Positions 39,401-53,400 of a DNA stretch of 64,000 nt are shown piece by piece. Under the pieces are notes generated by a model that searched no databases, was not told the DNA's origin, and saw only the letters and a list, made by a program, of their open reading frames with translations. The translations under genes and the position numbers were made by a program. Numbering within the stretch: position 1 is the first letter of the stretch; each line of letters starts with the position of its first letter. The DNA lies in NCBI GenBank assembly GCA_951406725.2, contig OX597815.1, forward strand, positions 1,364,001 to 1,428,000, given 5' to 3'. This DNA comes from Octopus vulgaris (taxonomy: Eukaryota).

Positions 39401-42400
39401 GGCTGCACCAGGCTCCAATCTTGATCTGGCAGAGTTTCTACAGCTGGATGCCCTTCCTAACACCAACCACTCCGAGAGTGTAGTGGGTGCTTTTTACATG
39501 CCTCCGGCGCAGGAGCCAGTCAGGTGGTACTGGCAATGACCTCGCTCGAATCTTTTTTATATATATAAAGGTGGTTTTCCACATGGCTCACAGGAGGGCC
39601 TGCTGTGCATACCTGCTGTTCTTACCTCGCAGGGTGACCTGCTGTGCTTGAGGATACCTATTGAGTCAAGTACATCAACATCAAAATAAAAATCAAATGG
39701 AAATTGTAGTTGTGATACCCATGCTGGTGGTACGTATAAAGCACCATCCAAAAGTGACCGATGACAGCGCTGCCCTAACTGGTGTCCATGCCGGTGGCAC
39801 ATAAAAGGCATCATCTGATGATGGCTGTTGCCAGCCTCCTCTGGCCTCTGTGCTGGTGGCACATAAAAAGCACCCACTACAGTCACGGAGTGGTTAGCGT
39901 TAGGAAGGGCATCCAGCTGTAGAAACTTTGCCAGATCAGATTGGAGCCTGGTGCAGCCTCCTGGTTTCCCAGACCCCGGTTGAACCGTCCAACCCATGCT
40001 CGCATGGAAAACAGACGTTAAATGATGGTGATGTAAAACTATACAAGTGGCACCCTCTCAACATTGGTGACCCTGACATGAGAAAGAAGGACACAGACAA
40101 CTGCATTGCTGTAGAGGAGATAACATGACCACCCTGGTTGGAAAAGGGGACAAGATAACGGTGAAATATGGACCCTCGTTGCCTTAAAAACATATCAAAT
40201 AATGTAGATAGAGGAGGTGGTCATGGCCAGAATGCCTTTGATTGTTGATCTGCTTCAATGAGGTTGACCTGGGGCTAAACAAAAACAGCAACAATCATAA
40301 TCCAACACAAGAAATCCTGATTGACATGAAAGGAAGAAGGGAAGTTGTGGCTTTCATGCAGAACAGTTTATTGTTGGATAGAGAGAAATGAAATAGAGAC
40401 TAAGAATGGAGAAAGAAAAATTTAAACAAAAGAAGAAGAAGAAGAAGAAGAAATTCGTTTTCTCCTTCCCCACCCATTGTTTTTCAAATCATTTTTCTTA
40501 CCATTTAGTTAAGGAGAGAAGCAGCTGTAGCTCTTTCTTTTAGGACCCCTGAGACTGATTAAAGGAAGAGAGGAAGGGGTCATCAAACTGGAGACCTGGC
40601 CTGATTGTTTGTAACAGAATGGACCCTGCTAAAGGTACACAAGGACCAGTTGGGTGGGGGTGGGGTATTAAACTGGACCTGAATGAATTTAGTCTACCAG
40701 CCAGGGACTCAGAACGCAAAGACATGGAACAAATACCACAAAGGACTTTGTCTGATGTTCTTACAATCATGCTGGTTCCCTGCCATGGTCTGGTACCTGG
40801 CTTTATTGACCCGTGGGTGGATTAAGGCTTAAGTTGACTTCATTTGAGTTTGAACCTACAACACTGTGATTCTTCCCCCAGCTAACATCCTTAATGATTT
40901 TGTCCTTCTTCTTCCTCCTCCCACTAACATCTCTCCCTCTCTTCTTTCCTCCCCCCCCCATACTTCATTAATATTTCCTTTTCTACCTCACCCCACCAAA
41001 CAGTTCATCTCTCCTCAGTGATGTTATCTTGCTCAAGACTTTCATCTCTGCCTCTTCTTCTTCTCAGTAATTTATTCCAGTTTCTCTCCATCATCATCAT
41101 CATCATCATCATCGTTTAACGTCCGCTTTCCATGCTGGCATGGGTTGGACGATTTGACTGAGGGCTGGCGAACCAGATGGCTGCACCAGGCTCCAATCTT
41201 GATCTGGCAGAGTTTCTACCGCTGGATGCCCTTCCTAACACCAACCACTCTGAGAGTGTAGTGGGTGCTTTTTATGTGCCACCGGCACGGGGGCCAATCA
41301 AGTGGTACTGGCAACGACCTCGCTCGAATCCTTTTACACATGCCACCGGCACAGGTGCCAGTAAGGCGACATTGGTAACGATCACGCTTGAATGGTGCTC
41401 TTTTACGTGCCACCAGCACGGAAGCCATTTGGCTGCTCTGGCAACAATCATGCTCGGATGGTGCTCTTGGCATCTTGGCACCCTACTAGTATGGGCACAA
41501 GTGCCAGTAAGGCGACGCTGGTAACGAACATGCTCGAATGGTGCCCTTTAAGTCCATCTTTGTACCATTCCATAAATGCAGGAATGAAATTCGCTTAGGG
41601 TCCACAAACCTACGTCCATTGCCACACTCCTCCCAACACAACCCCGCAAAGTTTAGCAGGTGCTCTTGCGCCCTTTGTTCCCCGGCTTAAGTACCATTCC
41701 ACATTCAACTGGCTTTTAGTAACTTCTCTAAATTCTACCATTCCAAAATGTTGGAATAATTTTGTTTATTGCAGGCTGCAATAAATGTCTTGGAGGAAAT
41801 ACAAGTTCGGAATTCCCATGTACAGCAAAAACTGGCGGAATTCTTTAAGAAGAAGAAAGCTGATGACACCCACATTGAGGCCAAAAGCACTGCAGACCAA
41901 GAGGAACGCTACCTGAAACTGATGGGTATGGGTGTCTCCTTTGTTTTTTAATCATAAGGAACCAACAGTGAACCTTGACATTGTTGGTAGAAATGCTAGA
42001 AATAACAGCCAGATCTCACTCATATCACATTGTATCATTTTTTTTTTTTTACGTCAGCATCAAAATAAAAATTCAAATGGAAATTGTAGTTAAGACATCC
42101 ATGCCGGTGACACGTAAAAAGCACCGTCCGAACAGGGCAGATACTAGCGCCACCTGACCGGCGTCCGTTTTGGTGACACGTAAAAGCACCAACCAGTCAT
42201 GGTCATTCGCAAGCCTGCTCTGGCCCCTGTGCCATTGGCACGTAAAAAACACCCCACTATACTCACGGAGTGGTTGGCATTAGGAAAGGCATCCAGCTGT
42301 AGAAACACTGCCAAATCAGACTGGAGCCTGGTGCAGCCTCCATGGCTTCCCAGACCCCGGTCGAACCGTCCAATCCATGCTAATATGGAAAAACGGATGT

Positions 42401-44498
42401 TAAATGATGATGATGATTAGTAATGTGGTATTGGGTTATTTTCATGGAACGTCATGGCTGGAACATCTGATGTGACTAACCTTGTTCTAAACAACAACTC
42501 GAACTAATTTATTTCCCAATGTCACAGATGAGAATGAGGTCAGCACAATCTCTTTGAAAGTTGCTCCTAAAACATGCCTGGTTCTCTTTTTTTAATTAAC
42601 CTCATTAAGAGGAAAAACAAAGTCAATTCTGTTAAGGTTTGAACTCACAATCTAAGGAACTGGAATTAAATACTGAAAGGTATTTGTTCCAATTCCCTAT
42701 ACCTTGTGTCCCTTCCCTTTGTTATTATTTAGCCCCAGGTTCGTCTGTCTTTACATTCTGAGTTCAAATTCCGCCAAGGTCGACTTTGCTTTTCATCCTT
42801 TCGGGGTCGATAAATTAAGTGCCAGTTGCGTACTGGGGTTGATCTAATCAACTGGCACCCAGCCCCCAAAATGTTGGGCCTTGTGCCTCGAGCAGAAAAG
42901 ATTATTTCACCCCAGATCGGTCCTGGTGTTCCAGTGCTGACCATTCCATCTTATTCTCAGGTATAAAATATTGAGCTCTACATTTTAATCCTTTAGCATT
43001 CGGATTGTTCTGTCAAATTTGTTTGCATCATCTTGTAGCTTTAAGATTTCAAATATGTGATTGTTTACTTTCAGAATGACATTGTAGGGTAGGTGTAAGA
43101 GGTCAAATGGGGTCAGTTTGAACATAAAACAGGTAGAATATTTTGGCCTTATATGGTCGGTTAAAATGCTAAAAGGTTAAACACAATTTCTGTGAATGGC
43201 ACTGCTCTTCTGAACACCATGAACTTTATTGAGTGTGCTGGGTGCATTTTATTGTAGCACCACAGCCAGTGAGGTTGCCTTCTACCCTGCACGACTAAAC
43301 AGTCCTTTCTTCTCAATGTCGAAGAAGATTATTGTTAATGCAGTTTTAGTGTTGATGAGTAATTGTCAAGGTATTTTAATTCTGTTATGTGTAGAGTTGA
43401 CTTTTGTGACTGGTTGGAGTCTGGAAATTCCTCAATAAATACTGATGAAGGTTTGCAGGAAATCACAAATTCAGATCTTTTGTTCAAAATTATAAAAGGC
43501 TGGAATAGGATGTTGTACTTGTCTGCAAGACAAAGATTACAACTTCTGGAACCATTAATGTGTGTGTATGTGTAGGGTGGGGGAGATATTCTATAATTGA
43601 TCAATTAATTTTATAATTGTTAATAATGTCATCCTTTAAACTCCAGTTCCAGTGTTCATAATAACTACACGCCCTGCTGGAGCACCCTCATCTCATTTCT
43701 TGATAGTCTTTGCCCTTTACTTGCATTCATTATCCATATTCTACTGTATTATTCATCATAGCCATGCCTCATACAATTGTCTTTCATTCAAAGATGAAAA
43801 TGTATTTGGTGCTAGCAGGGGCTGAATTTTTGCCAAACTTCCTTTTTGTCCATTCTTTCTCTGGCCCCTATGCTTCTGTAGCTCCCTCTTTCCCTGATTA
43901 AAGTCCCCAAGAAACAGAAACTATCAATTACCCCTAAAGAGCAGTCTGAGAAATTCAAATCTGTTCATTTATGTTTCCAGCACAAATAGAAGACTTACAG
44001 GAGCAAGAGGCGGCCGAAAAGGACCGGCACTACCAATATATTGAAGACCTGAAGCAGAAATGTTCCGAAAAGAAAGAGAAAGTCGACAGTGAGTTGAGGA
44101 AACTCTTTGACTTTAAGAAAGCGGTTGCTGCCTGTGCCATAAATAGCCGAACGGGTCAGCAAATACCGAAAATGGTGAGGAAATAGGGGTTGCTTTGGTC
44201 TTTGTTTTTCTACAACACATTCAACATGATTCCTAAGACAGGACGGATTCCATTTTGGAATGGTATTCGTTTGGTGAAAGGAAGATTTCATGCAATTGTC
44301 ATTGCTGTTGTCCTTATTGTCATTGCCATCATCATCGTTGTTGTCGTCATCATCATCATCATAGTCATCATCATCATCGTCATCATCATCATCATCATCA
44401 TCTTCGTCATCACTATCACCATCATCATCATCACCATCACCATCATAACCATCATCATCATCATCTACATCATTATCATCACCATTACCATCATCATC

Positions 44499-44529
<31 letters not shown>

Positions 44530-47406
44530 CCACCATCATCATCATCATCATCACCATCATCATCACCATCATCATCATCACCATCATCATCACCATCACC
44601 ATCATCATTATCATCACCATCATCATCATCACCACCACTAGCATCCCTGTAACAGCTCTCTGTGACCTGTCTTCACCATCTAACTGACATTCTAACCATG
44701 ACCATCCTGCACTGTCTTCTTATACTTTATCCAAAAGCGAGCAATCCAGCATATCCTTTGAACATGGTAGGGTGAAGTTTGTAGGAAGTTTGGCTGCTAT
44801 TTCTAGTAGGTCAAACAAATATGTAGTGGCTCCATATACACAATAACAGCAAGTGGAGGCGCAATGGCCCAGTGGTTAGGGCAGTGGACTCGTGGTCGGA
44901 GGATCGCGGTTTCGATTCCCAGACCGGGCATTGTGTGTGTTTATTGAGCGAAAACACCTAAAGCTCCATGAGGCTCTGGCAGGGGGTGGGAGCGACCCCT
45001 GTTGTACTCTTTCGCTCCAACTTTCTCTCACTCTTCCTTCCTGTTTCTTATCCCTGACTTCCTACGCAACCGCTGAGACTTGATGTGCGTTCATCCATCC
45101 GTCGATGCTTTCGGTGTCAGGGGTTGACCTGCTTTCTCTTCTGCGGGTCTTACGAATAGCAAAGGACCACGTTTTGGACTTTTCTTGAGGCGCAATCTTG
45201 CAAGCTCTGGGACGAAGACCGCTTCGCTCAACAAACAAACAAACAAACAAGCAGCAGCAGCCGTCCAAGAATTTGGGCCTGGAGATCTCCATTTCCAGCG
45301 ATTTGAGGGCCACCTCCCAGTGGTGTCGGGCGTCAACGAAGAGCCCTCGACTACAACAAGACGACCAAAGTTTTTTTTTTTTTCCAAGGTCTGGGGTCTC
45401 CAGTCCCTAAGCCCTAGACCATCACCTAATCACCCTTACCCGTCTTGTTGCTTAACAACAACAACAACAACAGCAACAACACCACTACCACCATAAACAC
45501 TATCATCACCATCACAATCACTATTATTGTATAATTTCTGTCATCACTTTGGCTATTTTCATGCCTTATGGAGCTGAGATGATGACAGCCAATTAGTGTT
45601 ACTAAGCATTTAAATCTTTCGTTACCATTTTCCTGTTGAAATACTCTATCTTTGTTTTAATTAATTTTGTAAATAATGAAGAATTTAACAAAATAATTTT
45701 ATATTACCAAATTGGTCTTCAGAAGAAAAATTAACAGGAAATTTTGACAAAAGATTTTGATTTAGATTTCGTTTTGGGATTTGGTTTGCAAGATTCTTTA
45801 TATGAGTTTGTGTGTTGAAGCATATTCTGTTGTGTCTGGGGAGAGTCATTTTCTTTTTGTGTCTTATTATGTAACACACTCACCGGTAAAATAAGAAAAA
45901 CGTGGAAATTTTACCGGTGTGTGTTTACATTATAAGACACAAAAAGAAAATGACTCTCCCCAGACACAACAGAATTTTAATTTAGATGATTTCAAAACAG
46001 GTTGTAGAACCAAAGGTGATCTGAAGCAGGTTGGCATCAAAAGGGTTATAATATATTCATTGAATTTAAAAGCTAGTGGGTATTGCATTAGTTTAATAGC
46101 ATGATAGCGGTAATTCACTGAGTTACATGTATTGTAACATGTATATTTCTTAGAAATGATATAACTTACACAGTCAGTGTTCTTTTCCAGGATGTTGAAC
46201 ACTATTTGCAAGCAGAGAAGAAGAGACAAACTGAGGTTTCAAGTATTCGGTTGGAAAATATAAAACTGAAGAACAAATTGAAGAAAAAGGAACAACAGTT
46301 GAAATCTACGGTAAGTTTGGTAGAAATGGTTGAAAAGAAGGGAATAAAAAAGAAATGGTTTCCCAGCCAAACTGTCAGGACCGTTGCCTTTCTCTCCACC
46401 AAATTTTCAGAGATGTTGCTCTTCTTCCTGCCGTGGCATCAAAGGATCTGCCTTTTTCCTCGTCCAATTTTCCAAATTGCCCTTCTGCCAGCCAAATTGT
46501 CAGGGGCATTGCCCTTCCTCTTGGGACTAAGCTATCAAGTGAAGAATTGAAAATATTGGTGGAAGCATTCTTGCTAGACACAATGGAAATTAAAGCAAAA
46601 GTTGGGAGTTGGTCTTCTCTTGTACAATTGTGGAGGCTCATGGCCTAGTGGTTAGAGCAGTGGACTCGTGGTCGAGGGATCGCGAGTTCAAATCTCAGAC
46701 TGGGCGATGTGTGTGTTTATGAGCGAAACACCTAAGCTCCATGCAGCTCCGGCAGAAGGTAATGGCGAACTTCTGCTGACTCTTTCGCCACAACTTTCTC
46801 TCACTCTTTCCTCCTGCATCTTGCAGCTCACCTGTGATGGACCAGCATCCCATCCAGGTGGGGAACCTATACGCCAAGGAAACCGGGAAACCGGCCCTTA
46901 TGAGCCAGAGATGGCTTGAGAAGGAGAAGGAAGGAACTTATACAATTGTTTCAGGAGTTCAGTTTGATCATCATCAACGTTTAACATCCATTTTCCATGC
47001 TGGCATGGGTTGGACGGTTTGACTGAGGACTGACAGGCTAGTAGGCTGCACTAGGCTCCAGTCTGATCTGGCAGTATTTCTACAGCAGGATGCCTTTCCT
47101 AACGCCAACCACTCTGGGAGTGTAGTGAGTGCATTTTATGTGCCACCAGCACAGGAAATATGTGTATACATATATATATCATCATCATCAATGTTTAACG
47201 TCCGCTTTCCATGCTAGCATGGGTTGGACGGTTTGACTGAGGGCTAGCAAACCAGATGGCTGCACCAGGCTCCAATCTTGATTTGGCAGAGTTTCTACAG
47301 CTGGATGCCCTTCCTAATGCCAACCACTCCGAGAGTGTAGTGGGTGCTTTTCATGTGCCACCGGCACAGGGGCCAGACGGGCGTTACTGGCAATGACCTC
47401 GCTCGA

Positions 47407-47438
<32 letters not shown>

Positions 47439-50400
47439 CAACCCCATGCTAGCATGGAAAGCAGACGTTAAACGATGATGATGATATATAATCATCTCAT
47501 CATCATTTACTGTCTGCCTTCCATGCTGGCATGGGTTGGATGGTTTGACAGGAGCTGGCCAGGCAGAGAACCGCACTAGGCTCCAATGGTGTGTTCTGGC
47601 AGTGTTTCTATAGTTGGATGCCCTTCCTGACGCCAACCACTCTGAGATTGTAGTGTGTGCTTTTTACGTGCCACCAGCATGGGAGCCAGTCGACAGCACT
47701 GACATCGGCCACGTTCAGAAGGTGCTTTTTACGTGCCACCGGTATGGGGAATCATCCGGGCGGCTCTGGCAGCAACCCATGCATGATGTTGCTAAATTAT
47801 TATTGCAGATTGTACACAAACATATGGCAGTGCTCCAGCATGGCCACAACCTAGGAGTAGGAACAAGTAAAGGAATGAAAGCAAATATAAGAAGTTTGGT
47901 CTTAGTATATCTGACTGTGTGGCAAGAAGTTTGCTTCCCAAGTCCATGGATCTGGTTTCAGTCCCACTGCATGGCATCTTGGGCAAGTGTCTTCTTCTAT
48001 GACCATGAGCCAGCCAAAGACTTGTGAGTGGATTTAGTAGGCGGAGACTGAAAGAAGCCTGTCATATATATATATGCATGTGTGTATGTATGTTTGTCCT
48101 CCACCACTGGTTGACAATCAGTGGTGGCGTGTTTATGGTTTTTCAGAAGATTGGAAAAAAATGTCTTCTAATGTTTTTTTTGATTGTTTACATTGGCACA
48201 TAAAAAGCACCAACCGATCGTGGCCATTGCCAGCCTCGGATGGCACCTGTGCTGGTGGCACGTAAAAAGCACCAACCGATCGTGGCCATTGCCAGCCTCG
48301 GATGGCACCTGTGCTGGTGGCACGTAAAAAGCACCAACCGATCGTGGCCATTGCCAGCCTCGGATGGCACCTGTGCTGGTGGCACGTAAAAAGCACCAAC
48401 CGATCGTGGCCATTGCCAGCCTCGGATGGCACCTGTGCTGGTGGCACGTAAAAAGCACCAACCGATCGTGGCCATTGCCAGCCTCGGATGGCACCTGTGC
48501 TGGTGGCACATAAAAAGCACCAACCGATCGTGGCCATTGCCAGCCTCGGATGGCACCTGTGCTGGTGGCATGTAAAAAGCACCAACCGATCGTGGCCATT
48601 GCCAGCCTCGGATGGCACCTGTGCTGGTGGCACATAAAAAGCACCAACCGATCGTGGGCATTGCCAGCCTCGGATGGCACCTGTGCTGGTGGCACGTAAA
48701 AAGCACCAACCGATCGTGGCCATTGCCAGCCTCGGATGGCACCTGTGCTGGTGGCACGTAAAAAGCACCAACCGATCGTGGCCATTGCCAGCCTCGGATG
48801 GCACCTGTGCTGGTGGCACGTAAAAAGCACCAACCGATCGTGGCCATTGCCAGCCTCGGATGGCACCTGTGCTGGTGGCACATAAAAAGCACCAACCGAT
48901 CGTGGCCATTGCCAGCCTCGGATGGCACCTGTGCTGGTGGCACGTAAAAAGCACCAACCGATCGTGGCCATTGCCAGCCTCGGATGGCACCTGTGCTGGT
49001 GGCACATAAAAAGCACCAACCGATCGTGGCCATTGCCAGCCTCGGATGGCACCTGTGCTGGTGGCACATAAAAAGCACCAACCGATCGTGGCCATTGCCA
49101 GCCTCGGATGGCACCTGTGCTGGTGGCACATAAAAAGCACCAACCGATCGTGGCCATTGCCAGCCTCGGATGGCACCTGTGCTGGTGGCACATAAAAAGC
49201 ACCAACCGATCGTGGCCATTGCCAGCCTCGGATGGCACCTGTGCTGGTGGCACGTAAAAAGCACCAACCGATCGTGGCCATTGCCAGCCTCGGATGGCAC
49301 CTGTGCTGGTGGCACATAAAAAGCACCAACCGATCGTGGCCATTGCCAGCCTCGGATGGCACCTGTGCTGGTGGCACGTAAAAAGCACCAACCGATCGTG
49401 GCCATTGCCAGCCTCGATGGCACCTGTGCTGGTGGCACATAAAAAGCACCAACCGATCGTGGCCATTGCCAGCCTCGGATGGCACCTGTGCTGGTGGCAC
49501 ATAAAAAGCACCAACCGATCGTGGCCATTGCCAGCCTCGGATGGCACCTGTGCTGGTGGCATGTAAAAAGCACCAACCGATCGTGGCCATTGCCAGCCTC
49601 GGATGGCACCTGTGCTGGTGGCACATAAAAAGCACCAACCGATCGTGGGCATTGCCAGCCTCGGATGGCACCTGTGCTGGTGGCACGTAAAAAGCACCAA
49701 CCGATCGTGGCCATTGCCAGCCTCGGATGGCACCTGTGCTGGTGGCACGTAAAAAGCACCAACCGATCGTGGCCATTGCCAGCCTCGGATGGCACCTGTG
49801 CTGGTGGCACGTAAAAAGCACCAACCGATCGTGGCCATTGCCAGCCTCGGATGGCACCTGTGCTGGTGGCACATAAAAAGCACCAACCGATCGTGGCCAT
49901 TGCCAGCCTCGGATGGCACCTGTGCTGGTGGCACGTAAAAGCACCAACCGATCGTGGCCATTGCCAGCCTCGGATGGCACCTGTGCTGGTGGCACATAAA
50001 AAGCACCAACCGATCGTGGCCATTGCCAGCCTCGGATGGCACCTGTGCTGGTGGCACATAAAAAGCACCAACCGATCGTGGCCATTGCCAGCCTCGGATG
50101 GCACCTGTGCTGGTGGCACATAAAAAGCACCAACCGATCGTGGCCATTGCCAGCCTCGGATGGCACCTGTGCTGGTGGCACATAAAAAGCACCAACCGAT
50201 CGTGGCCATTGCCAGCCTCGGATGGCACCTGTGCTGGTGGCACGTAAAAAGCACCAACCGATCGTGGCCATTGCCAGCCTCGGGATGGCACCTGTGCTGG
50301 TGGCACATAAAAAGCACCAACCGATCGTGGCCATTGCCAGCCTCGGATGGCACCTGTGCTGGTGGCACGTAAAAAGCACCAACCGATCGTGGCCATTGCC

Positions 50401-53400
50401 AGCCTCGGATGGCACCTGTGCTGGTGGCACATAAAAAGCACCAACCGATCGTGGCCATTGCCAGCCTCGGATGGCACCTGTGCTGGTGGCACATAAAAAG
50501 CACCAACCGATCGTGGCCATTGCCAGCCTCGGATGGCACCTGTGCTGGTGGCACATAAAAAGCACCAACCGATCGTGGCCATTGCCAGCCTCGGATGGCA
50601 CCTGTGCTGGTGGCACATAAAAAGCACCAACCGATCGTGGCCATTGCCAGCCTCGGATGGCACCTGTGCTGGTGGCACATAAAAAGCACCAACCGATCGT
50701 GGCCATTGCCAGCCTCGGATGGCACCTGTGCTGGTGGCACATAAAAAGCACCAACCGATCGTGGTCATTGCCAGCCTCGGATGGCACCTGTGCTGGTGGC
50801 ACGTAAAAAGCACCAACCGATCGTGGTCATTGCCAGCCTCGGATGGCACCTGTGCTGGTGGCACGTAAAAAGCACCAACCGATCGTGGCCATTGCCAGCC
50901 TCGGATGGCACCTGTGTTGGTGGCACGTAAAAAGCACCAACCGATCGTGGCCATTGCCAGCCTCGGATGGCACCTGTGCTGGTGGCATGTAAAAAGCACC
51001 AACCGATCGTGGCCATTGCCAGCCTCGGATGGCACCTGTGCTGGTGGCACGTAAAAAGCACCAACCGATCGTGGCCATTGCCAGCCTCGGATGGCACCTG
51101 TGCTGGTGGCATGTAAAAAGCACCAACCGATCGTGGCCATTGCCAGCCTCGGATGGCACCTGTGCTGGTGGCATGTAAAAAGCACCAACCGATCGTGGCC
51201 ATTGCCAGCCTCGGATGGCACCTGTGCTGGTGGCACATAAAAAGCACCAACCGATCGTGGCCATTGCCAGCCTCGGATGGCACCTGTGCTGGTGGCACGT
51301 AAAAAGCACCAACCGATCGTGGCCATTGCCAGCCTCGGATGGCACCTGTGCTGGTGGCACGTAAAAAGCACCAACCGATCGTGGCCATTGCCAGCCTCGG
51401 ATGGCACCTGTGCTGGTGGCACGTAAAAAGCACCAACCGATCGTGGCCATTGCCAGCCTCGGATGGCACCTGTGCTGGTGGCACATAAAAAGCACCAACC
51501 GATCGTGGCCATTGCCAGCCTCGGATGGCACCTGTGCTGGTGGCACGTAAAAGCACCAACCGATCGTGGCCATTGCCAGCCTCGGATGGCACCTGTGCTG
51601 GTGGCACATAAAAAGCACCAACCGATCGTGGCCATTGCCAGCCTCGGATGGCACCTGTGCTGGTGGCACATAAAAAGCACCAACCGATCGTGGCCATTGC
51701 CAGCCTCGGATGGCACCTGTGCTGGTGGCACATAAAAAGCACCAACCGATCGTGGCCATTGCCAGCCTCGGATGGCACCTGTGCTGGTGGCACATAAAAA
51801 GCACCAACCGATCGTGGCCATTGCCAGCCTCGGATGGCACCTGTGCTGGTGGCACGTAAAAAGCACCAACCGATCGTGGCCATTGCCAGCCTCGGATGGC
51901 ACCTGTGCTGGTGGCACATAAAAAGCACCAACCGATTGTGGCCATTGCCAGCCTCGGATGGCACCTGTGCTGGTGGCACGTAAAAAGCACCAACCGATCG
52001 TGGCCATTGCCAGCCTCGGATGGCACCTGTGCTGGTGGCACATAAAAAGCACCAACCGATCGTGGCCATTGCCAGCCTCGGATGGCACCTGTGCTGGTGG
52101 CACATAAAAAGCACCAACCGATCGTGGCCATTGCCAGCCTCGGATGGCACCTGTGCTGGTGGCACATAAAAAGCACCAACCGATCGTGGCCATTGCCAGC
52201 CTCGGATGGCACCTGTGCTGGTGGCACATAAAAAGCACCAACCGATCGTGGCCATTGCCAGCCTCGGATGGCACCTGTGCTGGTGGCACATAAAAAGCAC
52301 CAACCGATCGTGGCCATTGCCAGCCTCGGATGGCACCTGTGCTGGTGGCACATAAAAAGCACCAACCGATCGTGGTCATTGCCAGCCTCGGATGGCACCT
52401 GTGCTGGTGGCACGTAAAAAGCACCAACCGATCGTGGTCATTGCCAGCCTCGGATGGCACCTGTGCTGGTGGCACGTAAAAAGCACCAACCGATCGTGGC
52501 CATTGCCAGCCTCGGATGGCACCTGTGTTGGTGGCACGTAAAAAGCACCAACCGATCGTGGCCATTGCCAGCCTCGGATGGCACCTGTGCTGGTGGCATG
52601 TAAAAAGCACCAACCGATCGTGGCCATTGCCAGCCTCGGATGGCACCTGTGCTGGTGGCACGTAAAAAGCACCAACCGATCGTGGCCATTGCCAGCCTCG
52701 GATGGCACCTGTGCTGGTGGCATGTAAAAAGCACCAACCGATCGTGGCCATTGCCAGCCTCGGATGGCACCTGTGCTGGTGGCACGTAAAAAGCACCAAC
52801 CGATCGTGGCCATTGCCAGCCTCGGATGGCACCTGTGCTGGTGGCACGTAAAAAGCACCAACCGATCGTGGCCATTGCCAGCCTCGGATGGCACCTGTGC
52901 TGGTGGCACGTAAAAAGCACCAACCGATCGTGGCCATTGCCAGCCTCGGATGGCACCTGTGCTGGTGGCACATAAAAAGCACCAACCGATCGTGGCCATT
53001 GCCAGCCTCGGATGGCACCTGTGCTGGTGGCATGTAAAAAGCACCAACCGATCGTGGCCATTGCCAGCCTCGGATGGCACCTGTGCTGGTGGCACATAAA
53101 AAGCACCAACCGATCGTGGCCATTGCCAGCCTCGGATGGCACCTGTGCTGGTGGCACGTAAAAAGCACCAACCGATCGTGGCCATTGCCAGCCTCGGATG
53201 GCACCTGTGCTGGTGGCACGTAAAAAGCACCAACCGATCGTGGCCATTGCCAGCCTCGGATGGCACCTGTGCTGGTGGCACGTAAAAAGCACCAACCGAT
53301 CGTGGCCATTGCCAGCCTCGGATGGCACCTGTGCTGGTGGCACATAAAAAGCACCAACCGATCGTGGCCATTGCCAGCCTGGGATGGCACCTGTGCTGGT

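Noticed and set aside
44190-44687. Poly-His / poly-Ile ORFs
   Set aside because: Translations of a (CAT)n microsatellite.
44853-44930. tRNA gene
   Set aside because: A and B boxes are present, but there is no clean cloverleaf or poly-T terminator and it continues into a shared repeat body, so it is a SINE head. The same applies at 46630 and 57510.
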